64,000 nt of DNA from Eledone cirrhosa. Taxonomy: Eukaryota. Numbering within the stretch: position 1 is the stretch's first letter; each line of letters opens with the position of its first letter. Below are positions 14,111 through 28,034 of this stretch, in pieces. Position numbers and translations under genes: made by a program. The notes under the pieces are model-generated. The model did not search any database. It worked only from the letters and a program-made list of their open reading frames with translations, and was not told the origin of the DNA. The stretch spans positions 353,772,001-353,836,000 of the forward strand of contig OZ024742.1 in assembly GCA_964016885.1 (NCBI GenBank). The letters are read 5' to 3'.

Positions 14111-14879
14111 CTAGGAAACCGAATGATTCTCCGCTTCAAAGTTAAGAATAAAGCAAATAAAATACAGAGGTAAATTAAATTAAATAAATACATACAGGCA
14201 TCCCTATACGTACGTACACAAGCATACGCGAAAACACTCGCCATAGGTATTCAAATACACGCACATATAAATATGTGTGTGCGTGTGTGCGTGTATACAA
14301 GTAATTAAATAAACGTATATAAATAAATAAATACGTATATAACAAGCGCGCACACATACCTACATGTAAATACACAAATGTGTCGGAGGCACGTCAACCA
14401 AAACATTAAGTACTCATATACACACACACTACATACGTACGAATCCGCATACTCACACAGACGCGAAACTCACGTATACACATAACCAAAAGCATATGTA
14501 CCAGAATATATAAAATATACGCCATAATATATACAATCAAATATACGTACGAGAAAGTATACATACCATCACAAAACATACAGGTAATATATATTTACCT
14601 ATGCAAACAAGTAATGGTATAAACATAACATATACTTAGCTACCACATCAAGACGTACATTATCCGCGTATAGATCGTACTATCTGTTTGGGTATAATGT
14701 GGAGCTGTAATGCAGGAAGGTTTTGTGCAATTTATGTTTTCAAGCCGAAATTGCCTCAGATTTTTTGTTTAAGATGTGGTCTGTGGCGTAGAATATTTCC
14801 AGGGCCTCAGGGGTCCCAAGGGTGAAAGCAGCAATTATTTGCTTTAACTTATATCTGTTATTTTAATAAATATATATAT

Positions 14880-15006
14880 ATATATTGTTATACTTGGGGA
14901 GGATCATGTTTGTGTAATATTGCCAGAATTAATAACAGAACACACTCACTGTTTGGTTGGTTTTCGCTTTTAGCTTATAAAAAAACTCTCAAAACTAATT
15001 CATCGC

Positions 15007-15008
<2 letters not shown>
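14880..15008. mobile_element. Mini PLE end: pLTR terminus joined to an inverted 5' leader
   Basis: TATTGTTATACTTGGGGAGG...CACACTCACTGTTTGG matches 23505-23590. AAAACTAATTCATCGCCGT is the reverse complement of 9464-9482. (TA)n on both sides. Confidence 0.8.
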
Positions 15009-15055
<47 letters not shown>

Positions 15056-15079
15056 ATATATATATATATATTCTCTCTC

Positions 15080-15171
<92 letters not shown>

Positions 15172-15191
15172 ATATATACTATATATATATA

Positions 15192-15228
<37 letters not shown>

Positions 15229-15240
15229 ATATATATATAT

Positions 15241-15306
<66 letters not shown>

Positions 15307-15415
15307 GTATATATAGATATATATATAGATATATAATATATATATATATATATTGTATATATATTGTATATATATATATATATATATTTTATATATATAT
15401 ATTGGTTTCTGTTGA

Positions 15416-15497
15416 GCTCTGCTGATGAATGAAATTCCAACCGTGACCATCTCCACTGAAAGTTTTCATGAAATAGTCTTTTAAGACTATACAGAGC
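15416..15497 (+). ncRNA. Type I hammerhead ribozyme, intact core
   Basis: Stem I GCTCTG/CAGAGC; CTGATGA; stem II ATGAAA/TTTCAT; GAAA; stem III A-TAGTCT[TTTA]AGACTA-T; AUA triplet. Predicted cleavage after 15491. Confidence 0.85.
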
Positions 15498-15747
15498 ATT
15501 TGATGTTATTCCAAATTGAAGGATAAGTGTTTCAAACTTTATTTTATCATGAGTTAAAGGTCTATAGATTTTTCCCTGGATTTTACTAAATTCTGTGGAT
15601 AAATTTATATCCTGATTCTCTTTTGAGATGAGTTCGAGTTATCTTTCCTAAATCTTACGTTAACTACTTTTCCCATCTTGACGTTATAGTCGCATATATG
15701 TTATAGAATGCCGTTAGCTTCTTGCTAAAACAATCTCTATACCTCTC

Positions 15748-15830
<83 letters not shown>

Positions 15831-16085
15831 TATATAATTATATATATATATATATATATAGTATATATATTGTATATATAAATATATATATATATATATA
15901 TTGTATATATGTATATATAGTGTATATATATATATATATATATTGTATATATATTGTATATATATATATATATTGTATATATATATATATATTGTATATA
16001 TATATATATATATATATTGTATATATGTATATATATTGTATATATATATATATATATATGGTATATATATTGTATATATATATAT

Positions 16086-16124
<39 letters not shown>

Positions 16125-16158
16125 GGTATATATATATATATCTATATATATATATATA

Positions 16159-16189
<31 letters not shown>

Positions 16190-16989
16190 ACACATATATT
16201 TTTATTGTTTGACCCGAATTACTTGGTCGTTTTGATTTTGGCTGTGCGGATGATATGTTTAACCATCATCTCAGTGTGTTTGGCCCTTAACGTATGTTGT
16301 AGCTCTGATTCATATGATTCATCGAGCGCTTGCCACACATATCGGACGTTGATTTTCGTTAATTCCTGAGCTGAAAACGATTCTCGCTAATTTATATTTG
16401 TATTAATCTCCAGAGTCTAACTATTGAGCAGTTAATTTTATTGATTTTTTTCAGTTACATATATTGACTGTTGAATGGCTCTGTTATATTTAACCATTCT
16501 GTTGAGAGCTTTAATTCGATTTGTGATATTTTGCATTCTCGCAATAATACACGACTGAATCATTCGCTTAATAGAGGTGTTACCTCCCTTGCTGAATCCC
16601 ACAAGGGGTCAGTAATAGCTACACTATCTATAGCATATTGGAGCAAAACCCGTTGAAAACACGACTGCCTTGTTCATCATCTCACCAGAAGCCCAACATT
16701 CTTTATGTAGGCGGACAGTACCTGATTTGGAGTCGCAGAAACCAATACTGGATTTTACCATCAGTCCAGGGTCCGGGAAAGTATCAACACATATATTTTT
16801 GACCCGAATTACTTGGTCGTTTTGATTTTGGCTGTGCGGATGATATGTTTAACCATCATCTCAGTGTGTTTGGCCCTTAACGTATGTTGTAGCTCTGATT
16901 CATATGATTCATCGAGCGCTTGCCACACATATCGGACGTTGATTTTCGTTAATTCCTGAGCTGAAAACGATTCTCGCTAATTTATATTT
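16190..16989. repeat. Terminally redundant 590-bp unit in (TA)n
   Basis: 16211-16399 is repeated apparently exactly at 16801-16989. Non-coding. Confidence 0.85.
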
Positions 16990-17045
16990 ATATATATATA
17001 TATATATATTGTATATATATATATTGTATATATATATATATATTG

Positions 17046-17076
<31 letters not shown>

Positions 17077-17099
17077 TGTATATATATATATATATATAT

Positions 17100-17139
<40 letters not shown>

Positions 17140-17186
17140 ATATTTATATATATATATATACATATATTGTGTATATATATATATAT

Positions 17187-17228
<42 letters not shown>

Positions 17229-17256
17229 ATATATATATATATGTGTGTATATATAT

Positions 17257-17326
<70 letters not shown>

Positions 17327-17336
17327 CAGTATATAT

Positions 17337-17370
<34 letters not shown>

Positions 17371-17379
17371 TGTATATAT

Positions 17380-17413
<34 letters not shown>

Positions 17414-17649
17414 CTATTGTATATATATTGTATATATAATTATATATATATGTATATATATTGAATATATATATATATATTGTATATATATATATGTATA
17501 TATATATTTATTCAGGTTTGAGGTTTACCACTGTATAGAGCTGATCTATTCCGTATGGTCAATCGTAATGCAATAATATAGAGAGTACTCAACGTAAGGC
17601 AGTTGAACCCTCTTTGTTTTTGTAGTTGGTGGTGCTATTGCGGAGTTAA

Positions 17650-18297
17650 ATATTATAATGAAATGACAGGAGGCTGGATTTGTGTAAATCCTTGAAAGGT
17701 TTATTATACTATGATCATTTCAATGACCGAGTTCCGTATGAATCCGGTGATATCATCAGGTATTCGAAATATAATACGTGAATGTAATAGATTTAATCCA
17801 TCGGGTTGAAAATCGAGGACCCGAGGGCGACCGCTATTCTGTTCCTTCAACCTCAGTCGGTCGCCCTTTTGCTTGCCTATATCTGACCGGTAGTAGTTGC
17901 CTTTCTTCTTTTAGCTGACATTAACCCTGGCTTCTCTTCTTCCCCTCTTCCACCTTCTTCTCTCTACTTCCTTTCTTTCTTTCGTTTACCCTGTGTCATG
18001 AGATTGACGCTAACTTATGTTCCCATCCCTTTCTGTTTTCGTTTATCTGACCTGTAGTAGAATACTATAAACTTTAACCACGTCACTCCAGGGCCACCGG
18101 CTGAGGTTGAAGGAACATAATAGCGGTCGCCCTCGGGTCCTCGATTTTCAGCCCCATGGATTTTATCAATTACATTCACGTATTATATTTCGAATACCTA
18201 ATGATATCACCGGATTCATACGGAACCCGGTCATTGAAATGATCATAGTATAATAAACCTTTAAAGGATTTACACAAATCCAGCCTCCTGTCATTTC

Positions 18298-18307
<10 letters not shown>
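17650..18307. repeat. Fold-back inverted repeat (~217-bp arms) of an HHR-bearing pLTR-like sequence
   Basis: 17650-17866 is the reverse complement of 18091-18307. A related single copy lies at about 28095-28250. Confidence 0.9.
17706..17763 (-). ncRNA. Hammerhead-like motif, variant stem II base, palindromic loop III
   Basis: ATAC-CTGATGA-tatcACCG...CGGTcatt-GAAA-TGATCA-TA-GTAT. The inverted-arm copy has a mutated core (CTAATGA). Confidence 0.6.
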
Positions 18308-18363
<56 letters not shown>

Positions 18364-18366
<3 letters not shown>

Positions 18367-18445
18367 CCATGGGCATCATCAGCGAGATGATGATGCCCAT
18401 GGATTATCTGTTGCAAACACACTCAGGGCGAAACAGATTAGCGAT
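18364..18445 (+). ncRNA. Fold-back-truncated hammerhead remnant
   Basis: 19-bp hairpin TAATCCATGGGCATCATCA/TGATGATGCCCATGGATTA, then (a)TGATGA-t-GCCC...GGGC-GAAAC. The inverted arm retains CTGATGA. Confidence 0.45.
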
Positions 18446-18716
18446 AATCTGTCCGAGAGGTGTAATTGTTATTGAGGCGGTTTGTATAATATAATATAAT
18501 TTTATTTTATCATTCTGTCTGCTTCTTAGTTAAATATTTCAAACAAATGTGGTTGTTCAACCCTTGTAATATTATACACACGGTTTACTGTGTTTCTTAC
18601 TGCATATATATTATTATTATACGGCTCAGTATTTTATACTTGGAGCTTAATAATTAGAGGGTTTCAATTGGAGTCATTAACTCTAATTTTCATTTATATA
18701 TATATATATATATTCA

Positions 18717-18752
<36 letters not shown>

Positions 18753-18911
18753 TCAATATATATACATATATATATACAATATATATATACATATATATAC
18801 ATATACATATATATATATTTATATATATATATATATATATATTCAATATATATACATATATATATACATATATATATATATACAATATATATATATATAT
18901 ATATATATTGA

Positions 18912-18944
<33 letters not shown>

Positions 18945-18947
18945 TAT

Positions 18948-19024
<77 letters not shown>

Positions 19025-19089
19025 ATATATACATATATATATACATATATATATATACAATATATATATATATATATGATATATATAAA

Positions 19090-19637
19090 TTAATATATGA
19101 TAAACGCGTAAGTGTTTGTATTGTAAAAGACGAAGTTAGCTAGAATGAAATAAACTAATTCAAATAAATATAGTTTGCCTGTATCGATTTAAAATAATAG
19201 ATCAATAGACCCAAACTCATATTGCCAAATAGCCGTGGTACCTGGACAAATAAAAATTTCATTATCCAAACCTTTTCCGCAGATCAATCTGAACTTCAAA
19301 ATCAAACAAGTTTCGCAAACGATAGTATAAAAATTGAAATAATCAATTTTCTGTTCTTATAAACAGGTACCCAGAAAAATTAGGTTACTTCACCTCGAAA
19401 ACATTTTGAAGGTCTGGTTCTACGAGCACAAAACGCACGAGGTTTTGCACTCGGTTTTTCCAGCTCACTAGCTATCTCATATTCATGGCGCTAGAAATAA
19501 CTGCCGTTTATATGGGATTAATAATTGGCTCTACTGAAGGAGCCGTAATAGTATATTATATTTAGAGTTTTAAACTGAAACAGTCATTTACAATTAATTA
19601 GCTCAAAGAAAGAAGCATTTATGAGCCGTGAAATACA
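19090..19637. repeat. Single diverged copy of the 553-bp unit family
   Basis: Collinear with 26135-26687 (TAAGTGTTTGTATTGTAAA ... GAGCCGTGAAATACA). Confidence 0.8.
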
Positions 19638-19648
19638 TAGAAACGGCT

Positions 19649-20872
19649 GAAAATGATAAGTAAGAAAATATATAAGCAAAAAGACAATAATTATAAAATG
19701 TATTTTTAAGAAGGTATAAGGTAGCTTCAGTAATCTAATAATGTACTATCAAAAAATGATTACAAAATTATTAATATAGGATTAACAAAGATATAATAAT
19801 ATATTCCTGCCTAATTAACAAACAATCAATAAAGAATTAACAGTCAAGCAAAATTTGCTCACGGATATCCCACGCTCGGATACTTTACACACATACAACA
19901 ACACATAGGATTACCAAAGACATAATGGTATATTAGAGAGACCGTTTGTATAGCGTAGACACCGGACCATACCCGCAAATGTATACCCTGATCTGTCTTG
20001 AATATGCATGGCTGACGGAATATGGATAATACGACCACCATCTAAGCTAGAACCGACCCCTACAACAAACAAAGAGGGGAAAGCCCTTAGTATTTGACCA
20101 GTCGCGTGTGTGCTTGGAGTTCGTGAGAGGAGGGGATATTAGCGAGAGACGCAATATACCACCCCAGTCAAGTCCATACTGGATTGTTTTACCAATATAT
20201 CATGTACACCAATACATCCTATACAGCGAGACCTTGGATTTAGAACCGGCAGGCTGATCTATCGCAAACGCGTGCAATCCCCGAAACTAAAGGATCGAAC
20301 GGACCCCAGCCTGCGACCACTAGCTATTTGATCCACAGGTACATTTCCCAGAGTCCACACAGCTGATAGTGAATCCCAGTTGATTCGTGAACTCGGAATT
20401 TTTAAACAAGACCAACTGTGCCTGGAGCTATGCAGATGACTGCATGCGCACAATGGATATCGCACCCACAAGGTCACCTGTATTGTTCATCTTGCTGTAT
20501 GTGTGTAAAGTATCCGTGCGTGGGATATCCCTGAGTAAATTTACTTGACCGTTAATTGTTTATTGATTGTTTGTTAATTAGGCAGGAATATACTATTATG
20601 TCTTTGTTAATCCTATGTGTTGCTATATGTGTGTAAAGTATCCGAGCGTGGGATATCCCTGAGCAAATTTTGCTTGACTGTTAATTGTTTATTGATTGTT
20701 TGTTAATTAGGCAGGAATATATTATTATGTCTTTGTTAATCCTATATTAATAATTGTATAATAATTTTTTGATAGTACATTATTAGATTACTGAAGCTAC
20801 CTTATACCTTCTTAAAAATACATTTTACAATTATTGTCTTTTTGCTTATATATTTTCTTACTTATTATTTTC
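19649..20872. mobile_element. Inverted repeat (~285-bp arms) enclosing a decayed GIY-YIG-like remnant
   Basis: 19649-19934 is the reverse complement of 20587-20872. ~128-bp tandem at 20495-20745. The spacer has a weak ESQLIRELG motif like the end of PLE endonucleases. Confidence 0.7.
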
Positions 20873-22079
20873 TTTAATCTTGCCCAACTTGATAAGCTCT
20901 TGGAATTGCTCCTTAATTAGATTACTTAAATTACTTAAATTACTTTATCTATTATACCTAAGTTGTATCTGTTGAAGCAGCCCTTTGAAAATTCCTCGGA
21001 TCTCCCAAATCCCGTAATTTTTAACTTTTAATTTGTAATTTTCCTCAATTCATTTATATATATCTTTAAAGGCTCTCTAAAATTTTAATTCTTTGAAGGG
21101 TCTTTCGGAAGAGGTTCTTATTAAAAATAATAAAGGGGTCTTTACTGAGGGATTTTTGAAGGCTTTTTGAATTAACTTTTAATTGATTAATTTCTTTCAA
21201 CTATTTATTTCTTAATTTTTAAAATTAAATTTAATGTTCAACCCCTTAATCGTTAATTTTTAATCATGGATATATAAGATTGCTTAATCTTAAATTCATT
21301 AAATTTTTTTATTTCGGGGTTTGGAACTCTTAAAATTCATATCCTAACTTAAATCTTAATATTTATATTATGTACTCCCTAAATCATTGAGTTTATTAAC
21401 CTGTTAAATCTTATTGAAAGTTCTTTTCCCTAATTCTTAATTTTTAATTTTTAATTTCTGAGTTTAGAACTTTAGTAGGGATTATCAAAACTTCGTAAAT
21501 TTTCTGAAATTTTTTAACGAGATCTCTTAGAAAAATGTTTTTTTTTCTTTTGAAGGAAGTTTTTAGGAAACTTTATATTTTTTTAGGAAACTTTATATTT
21601 TTATTTTTTTATTTTATTAGTCTCTTAATCTCTTCTGGTTTGTTAGGTTTATTGGGGCTTATAAGCTTTATGCACTTATTTTTTAAGGTGCTTCTACGAG
21701 ATCACAAGTCTTTTACTTTCAATGCGTAACTTATAAATTCTCTAATTTTTAACCTTCAATCCCTAACTCTTAGGCCCTTTTCAAATTCTCTTAACTCCCT
21801 GTAACCCATCCCTTTTACAACTCCTACAGCTAATGGAAAAGAGCCCCCTTAGAATATAGACCCCAAATATACAAGCGGAGCTGTTGATGTATACCACAAT
21901 TTCAAACTACTAATCTTGAGTGAAACGTTGATGTAAATAATGAACTTACAATCACCTGTTATATGCCTTGAAAAGTCCCACCATATGGTCGGACGAAAGG
22001 GCTGTCGGCAATAAACTTGTTATAATGTCATAATAGTTCCTTTGTTCTTTTTCATTAATAATATATATATATATATAAT

Positions 22080-22481
22080 ACTATAAAGTATGTCCATAGA
22101 ATATTTTAATATATATACACCATTTCCTCTCCCATTTAGCATAATTAACCACACAAAAAATCAATTAGACCAGGCTATAAGATTTACATGCACCTATGAA
22201 GAAATAGTAGATAAATAAAAAAACAGCAATCTCTTCGCGGCCAACCGCCATACAAAATTTACCCAACATTTCAACAGCACGTGGGAATCGATTAAATATA
22301 CCGTCAACCATACACAATTAGGTATAAAATTAAAAATAGAAGAAATGCTCATAAACATACACATGCCTTTTAATCTTATAGCCTGGTCTAATTTATTTTG
22401 TTTGTGTGGTTAATTATGATAATTGGAAGAGGAAATCGTGTATTGATATTATCAAATGATTCTTTGGACATACTTTATAGT
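22080..22481. repeat. Fold-back fragment of the 670-bp unit family
   Basis: 22080-22185 is inverted at 22372-22481. Sequence is homologous to 41450-41730 and 58210-58480. Confidence 0.8.
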
Positions 22482-22513
<32 letters not shown>

Positions 22514-22896
22514 TGATAAAAGGATTGACGCCTAAACCAATCAGCTTTAGAAATCCAGTGAAACTAAACCCTGATTGGTCGACATACGGGTTTGCTAGAT
22601 TTAGCATTCTGGAGCCACTTTTCACTGTATATAATGCACACAAGTTACCCTTATCATTACAGTTGAACATTGCAAACTTGACTGTCACCACACATTATGA
22701 CCCTAAAGATTGCGAAAGCAAGATAGTACTTGTTCGATTAATACTTAACATTTAATATCCTACCATACTATTTCATCCTAATACCATTATACAAGTTAAA
22801 GGATTGTAAATAAAACGAGTAAATCAGACAAAGTTGGAATTCCTTTTATTAATATAATCCTCTATACACAATCATTCACGCCCGTGTATATTTATT

Positions 22897-22957
<61 letters not shown>

Positions 22958-22974
22958 CGTTTCTGAATTTCTTT

Positions 22975-23204
22975 AGCAAGATTCTTTATCTGAAATCGTG
23001 TGTTGAAACCGATATTATTATACTTTGGGAGGGTCATGTTGCCAATAAGAAACACACTCACCAGTTGCTTTTACTTCAATTTATTATTATAATAAATTTA
23101 TAATAAATTTATAAATTTATTATAAATTTATTATAATAATAAATTGAAGTCATATCGCGGGTGCGTGTGTTTCTTATTGGCAACATGACCCTCCCAAAGT
23201 ATAA

Positions 23205-23210
<6 letters not shown>
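22975..23210. repeat. PLE terminus folded into a ~200-bp palindrome
   Basis: TATACTTTGGGAGGGTCATGTTGCCAATAAGAAACAC ... GTGTTTCTTATTGGCAACATGACCCTCCCAAAGTATA. Same terminus as 54185. Confidence 0.85.
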
Positions 23211-23244
<34 letters not shown>

Positions 23245-23416
23245 ATATATTTATATATTTAAGTTAATATTTAATTTTTAAAATTTTCTAATTTTACGTC
23301 TTTCATATAATTGTTCTACATCCCCCTGCATTGAACCACCTAGGTACTATGACATAACTTATATATTTACTAGCATTAGTGTACATCCGTACGCATATGT
23401 TGGTAGATGTATTAAT

Positions 23417-23447
<31 letters not shown>

Positions 23448-23448
<1 letters not shown>

Positions 23449-24851
23449 GCCGCGATGAATTAGTTTTGCGAGGTTTTTTATATGAAATCGTGTGTCGAAA
23501 CAAATATTGTTATACTTGGGGAGGGTCATATTTGTGTAATATTGCCAGAATTAATAACAGAACACACTCACTGTTTGGTTCGTTTTCGCTTCTCGCTGTC
23601 TTTTATATCGGTGATCTAACTTACTCGGTCCTCAATGTTGCCATTGACTGACCGTCGGACAACAGTAGTACAGATACAATATAGACACAAACATATATAT
23701 ATAGTTTATCATAAATCGTTCGTTGCACATCTGCAACATCGTCGGTGGTGTTATATTTTCCTCCTGTTGTGTTGTATGTCTACGCCATTTTTATTCAGTC
23801 TGTCTATATATTTATTTATTTATTTGCTTGTTTGTTTATTTTATTTCGTCTTCTTTGCGCATGCGTTTGAGTGTGTGTATAGTGTTATGTTTGCTGTGTG
23901 ATGGGTGACTAGTGTGTGTTTATGTGCTTGTTCTTAGTGTGCTTGTGTATGTATGTATTTATCTATTTATTTTATTTACTTATTTATACCTCTCTTAGGT
24001 CAGTGTTGTTTGTTTGGGTGTTGTTATTCCATTCATTCTTTCTGTTTAGCTTTGGTCTTTTAATTTCTATTTCACTGGCCTCTCTGATTTGCCTATCTGC
24101 TGGGTCATTTCTATGTTTAGATATTATTCTAATTTCTATGTTGTCTATGTCACCATCATGTTGTTGTCTAGCATGTTCGTATAGTACTGACCCGTTTTTT
24201 CGTACTTTTAGTTCCCCCCAGTGTTGGTCTATCCTTTCACCTATGCTACGAGCTGTCTCACCTATGTATGTTGTTGTCATGTTTCTGCAAGTACCCTCTG
24301 TACATCTTATGCTATAGACTACGTTTCTAGTTTTACAGTTTACCCGGGGGTTTACCTTACATATGATACATTTCCTATTGGTGCAGTGGGTTTTCTTAAA
24401 AGGGTAAGTTTATCTGATCAGGGATTTTATGGTGGTTCCTGGCTTTTCTATCACCTTTATTTTTAAGTGGGTCTTTCTCAGGGTCTTTCTACACTGGTTA
24501 GCTAATTTCCCTCCATGGATGGCTTCCACAAACAGGACACTCTGGTATCTCTGGTTGTCGTACCATGAGGTGGCTTTCCCTATCTTATGTCTAGCCCTAT
24601 CTAAGCTATTCCATGATTTGCTCCTGTATAATGGGCAAATGCGGGACACATTCTTCATCACACGTGCCAAATCTGCGATCAGAATATTTAACTTAGCAAT
24701 ACTGGACATTGCTGAGTTTTTGAGTATCAGGTATTTGGAGGCCATGGGTTTACCATAGTGTGAGTGGAGAATTTGGGCTCTCTCGTCTATAGTGAGTGTG
24801 TTCTGTTATTAATTCTGGCAATATTACACAAATATGACCCTCCCCAAGTAT

Positions 24852-24858
<7 letters not shown>
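23448..24858 (-). mobile_element. 5'-truncated copy of the first PLE family (thumb + GIY-YIG + pLTR) with an inverted terminal fragment
   Basis: ORFs 24410-24745 and 23984-24280 (YIGETARSIGERIDQHW) match 5830-6765, with an internal deletion. 24791-24858 is the reverse complement of 23505-23572. The pLTR runs on into the 5' leader (23448-23515 matches 9465-9530). Confidence 0.92.
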
Positions 24859-24897
<39 letters not shown>

Positions 24898-24994
24898 TAT
24901 ATTCAGAGTTATAAACTCAAACAGTCCTTTACAATTAATTAGCTCAAAGAAAGAAGCATTTCTGAGCCGTGAAATACAAGTTAATATAAATTTA

Positions 24995-26134
24995 TCATAA
25001 TCTATAAAGCTCATTGTGAGGTGATGCTCCTTTCTTATAGAAATCTACGAAATAGAATTTCTTCAATTGAAATTTACAATTCAGTATTCGAAATAGCTTC
25101 GATTGCGTCTTGGCACAGATCATTTTTTCAATTTCACCCACAATTACGCAAAAAATAGATAAAACTCAATATTTTACGATTTTTCTCTGTCAATTAAACT
25201 GCTAAACTCTTTCCACTACCATTCATAATCTATACAACTTCATACTTTCTGCTACTTTCTCTTTCCAAGCTTGATGGTGATACTGTCCGTTTTACTCTCT
25301 CATATCATCTGCTTCTTATTACATTTCATACGAAACGACAATTATTCAAAAGCAACAGATACATTTATTCAACAACAAACGATAAATCTTTTTTAAAACC
25401 TCTTTTCCAAACGCATACACACACACACTCACTTCAACAACAACAACAATCTGCCTTTTATAGATAATGATAAACAATAATATCCTCTATGAGGTCACTA
25501 AACCTGCTAGAAACAGCAGCTAACTCTCCCCCATACCACACCCCTCCCTTGTGTCTTAAATTTTGAAAACATATCTTCTATGAGGTCACTAAACCTGCTA
25601 GAAACAGCAGCTAACTCTCCCCCATATCACACCACTCCCTACTGTCTTAAATTTAGAAGACACATAGCCTCTATGAGGTTACTAAACCTGCTAGAAACAG
25701 CAGCTCACTCTCCCCCATATCACACCCCTCCCTACTGTCTTGAATTTAGAAAACATATCTTCTATGAGGTCACTAAACCTGCTAGAAACAGCAGCTATCT
25801 CTCCCCCATACCACACCACTCCATACTGTCTTAAATTTAGAAAACACACAGACAACCATGCAGAACAACTCCATCGCATCTCTGTTGTTCGGTTGGCATC
25901 GTCTACGCGCGTGTTGCGCAATTACTGTGAAACAATAAATTTCAACACTTTTTTGCACAGAGATAATATCCATAGGCGAAACTAAAATTGTCACTGCTGG
26001 CGCAGCTCCTACTTCCAGGTCTGCAATTCGTTCACCCAGTGCCTGGCAGACAAAAAAGTGCTGCCATAAAATGGGTGGTGCAACCTAACTTTGGTAATTT
26101 AATGACCCCGAGCAACGCCGGTCTTTAATTCTAG
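24995..26134 (+). mobile_element. Non-autonomous Helitron, 1140 bp
   Basis: 5' TC, 3' CTAG, subterminal hairpin GACC..GAGCAACGCCGGTC. Inserted between A and T; removing it restores the junction seen at 26675-26700. Confidence 0.8.
25485..25845. repeat. ~92-bp minisatellite, 4 copies, inside the Helitron
   Basis: CTATGAGGTCACTAAACCTGCTAGAAACAGCAGCTAACTCTCCCCCATA... occurs four times. Confidence 0.92.
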
Positions 26135-27334
26135 TATATGATAAACACTAATATAAACATATAAGTGTTTGTATTGTAAATTACCATGTTAGCTAGATTG
26201 AAAAATACTAATTAAATTAATACAGTTTGCCTGTCTCGATTTAAAATAATAAATCAATAAAAACAAACCCATATTGGCAATAACCGTGATACCTGGACAA
26301 ATTTAAATTTCAAAATCCAAACATGTTTCGTAGACAAATTTAAATTTAAAAACCCAAATAAGTTTCGCAACGATAATTTAAAAAAGTGAAAAATTCCAAT
26401 TTCTGTGGTCATCGGCAGGTATCCAGAAAATTAGCATGTTTCACCTCGAAATATTTAGGAGGACTTGTAGTCAAGTGTTAACGCACATGGTTTTCCAGCT
26501 CCTAGCTATCCCCATACTCATGCTGCTAGAAATAACAGCCGTTTATATGGGATTAAAATTTAGCTCAACAAAAGGAGCCGTAATACTATATTTAGAGTTA
26601 TAAACTCAAACAGTCCTTTACAATTAATTAATTAGCTCAAAGAAAGAAGCATTTCTGAGCCGTGAAATACAAGTTAATATAAATTAATATATGATAAACA
26701 CTAATATAATCATATAAGTGTTTGTATTGTAAATGACCAAGTTAACTAAATTGAAAAATACTAATTAAATTAATACAGTTTGCCTGTCTCGATTTAAAAT
26801 AATAAATCAATAAAAACAAACCCATATTGGCAATAACCGTGATTCCTGGACAAATTTAAATTTCAAAATCCAAACCTGGTCCGTAGACAAATTTAAATTT
26901 CAAAACCCAAATAAGTTTCGCAACGATAATTTAAAAAAGTGAAAAATTCCAATTTCTGTGGTCATCGGCAGGTATCCAGAAAATTAGCATGTTTCACCTC
27001 GAAATATTTACGAGGACTTGTAGTCAAGTGTTAACGCACATGGTTTTCCAGCTCCTAGCTATCCCCATACTTAAATTATCGTTGCAAAAATAATTTGGAT
27101 TTTCAAATTTAAATTTGTCTACGGAACAGGTTTGGATTTTGAATTTTAATTTGTCCAGGTATCACGGTTATTGCCAATACGGGTTTGTTTTTATTGATTT
27201 ATTATTTTAAATCGAGACAAGCAAACTGTATTAATTTAATTAGTATTTTTCAATCTAGCTAACTTGGTCATTTACAATACAAACACTTATATGTTTATAT
27301 TAGTGTTTATCATATATTAATTTATATTAACTTG

Positions 27335-27558
<224 letters not shown>

Positions 27559-27842
27559 TATATTTATATATATATATATATTTATATATATAGATATATA
27601 TATTTAATACAATAACAGAGATAGCTTAAAGCTAAACTCTGACTGGTAACCATCTCACTCAACAAACATTAGGTTATATGTTAGTATAACCCAATTTAAG
27701 TGTTTGGGGTGCTAACTATATGCATTATGTGGAAAGCCAGTTGTATTATTTTATGAGATATAATTAAAGTTAAAATATTATATATGTATATATATTTATA
27801 TTAATATATATATTTATATATATTTATATATGTATAAATATT

Positions 27843-27898
<56 letters not shown>

Positions 27899-27994
27899 GA
27901 AGAGAGAAGAAACATTTAGATATAATTAGTAATAAAATGTATCATACCTAAACTGTTCCTAAATTCCTCGACTACGTAGTTGTGTTTCTAAATG

Positions 27995-28034
<40 letters not shown>

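Larger units (their letters stand above)
15009..17510. repeat. Long interrupted (TA)n tracts (three blocks); representative of dozens of (TA)n/(CA)n/(GA)n tracts in the window
   Basis: Read directly from the sequence; source of the IY-repeat pseudo-ORFs. Confidence 0.95.

Noticed and set aside
25485-25845. Regularly spaced repeats resembling a CRISPR array
   Set aside because: The whole 92-bp unit repeats with no unique spacers, there are no cas genes, and the context is eukaryotic.
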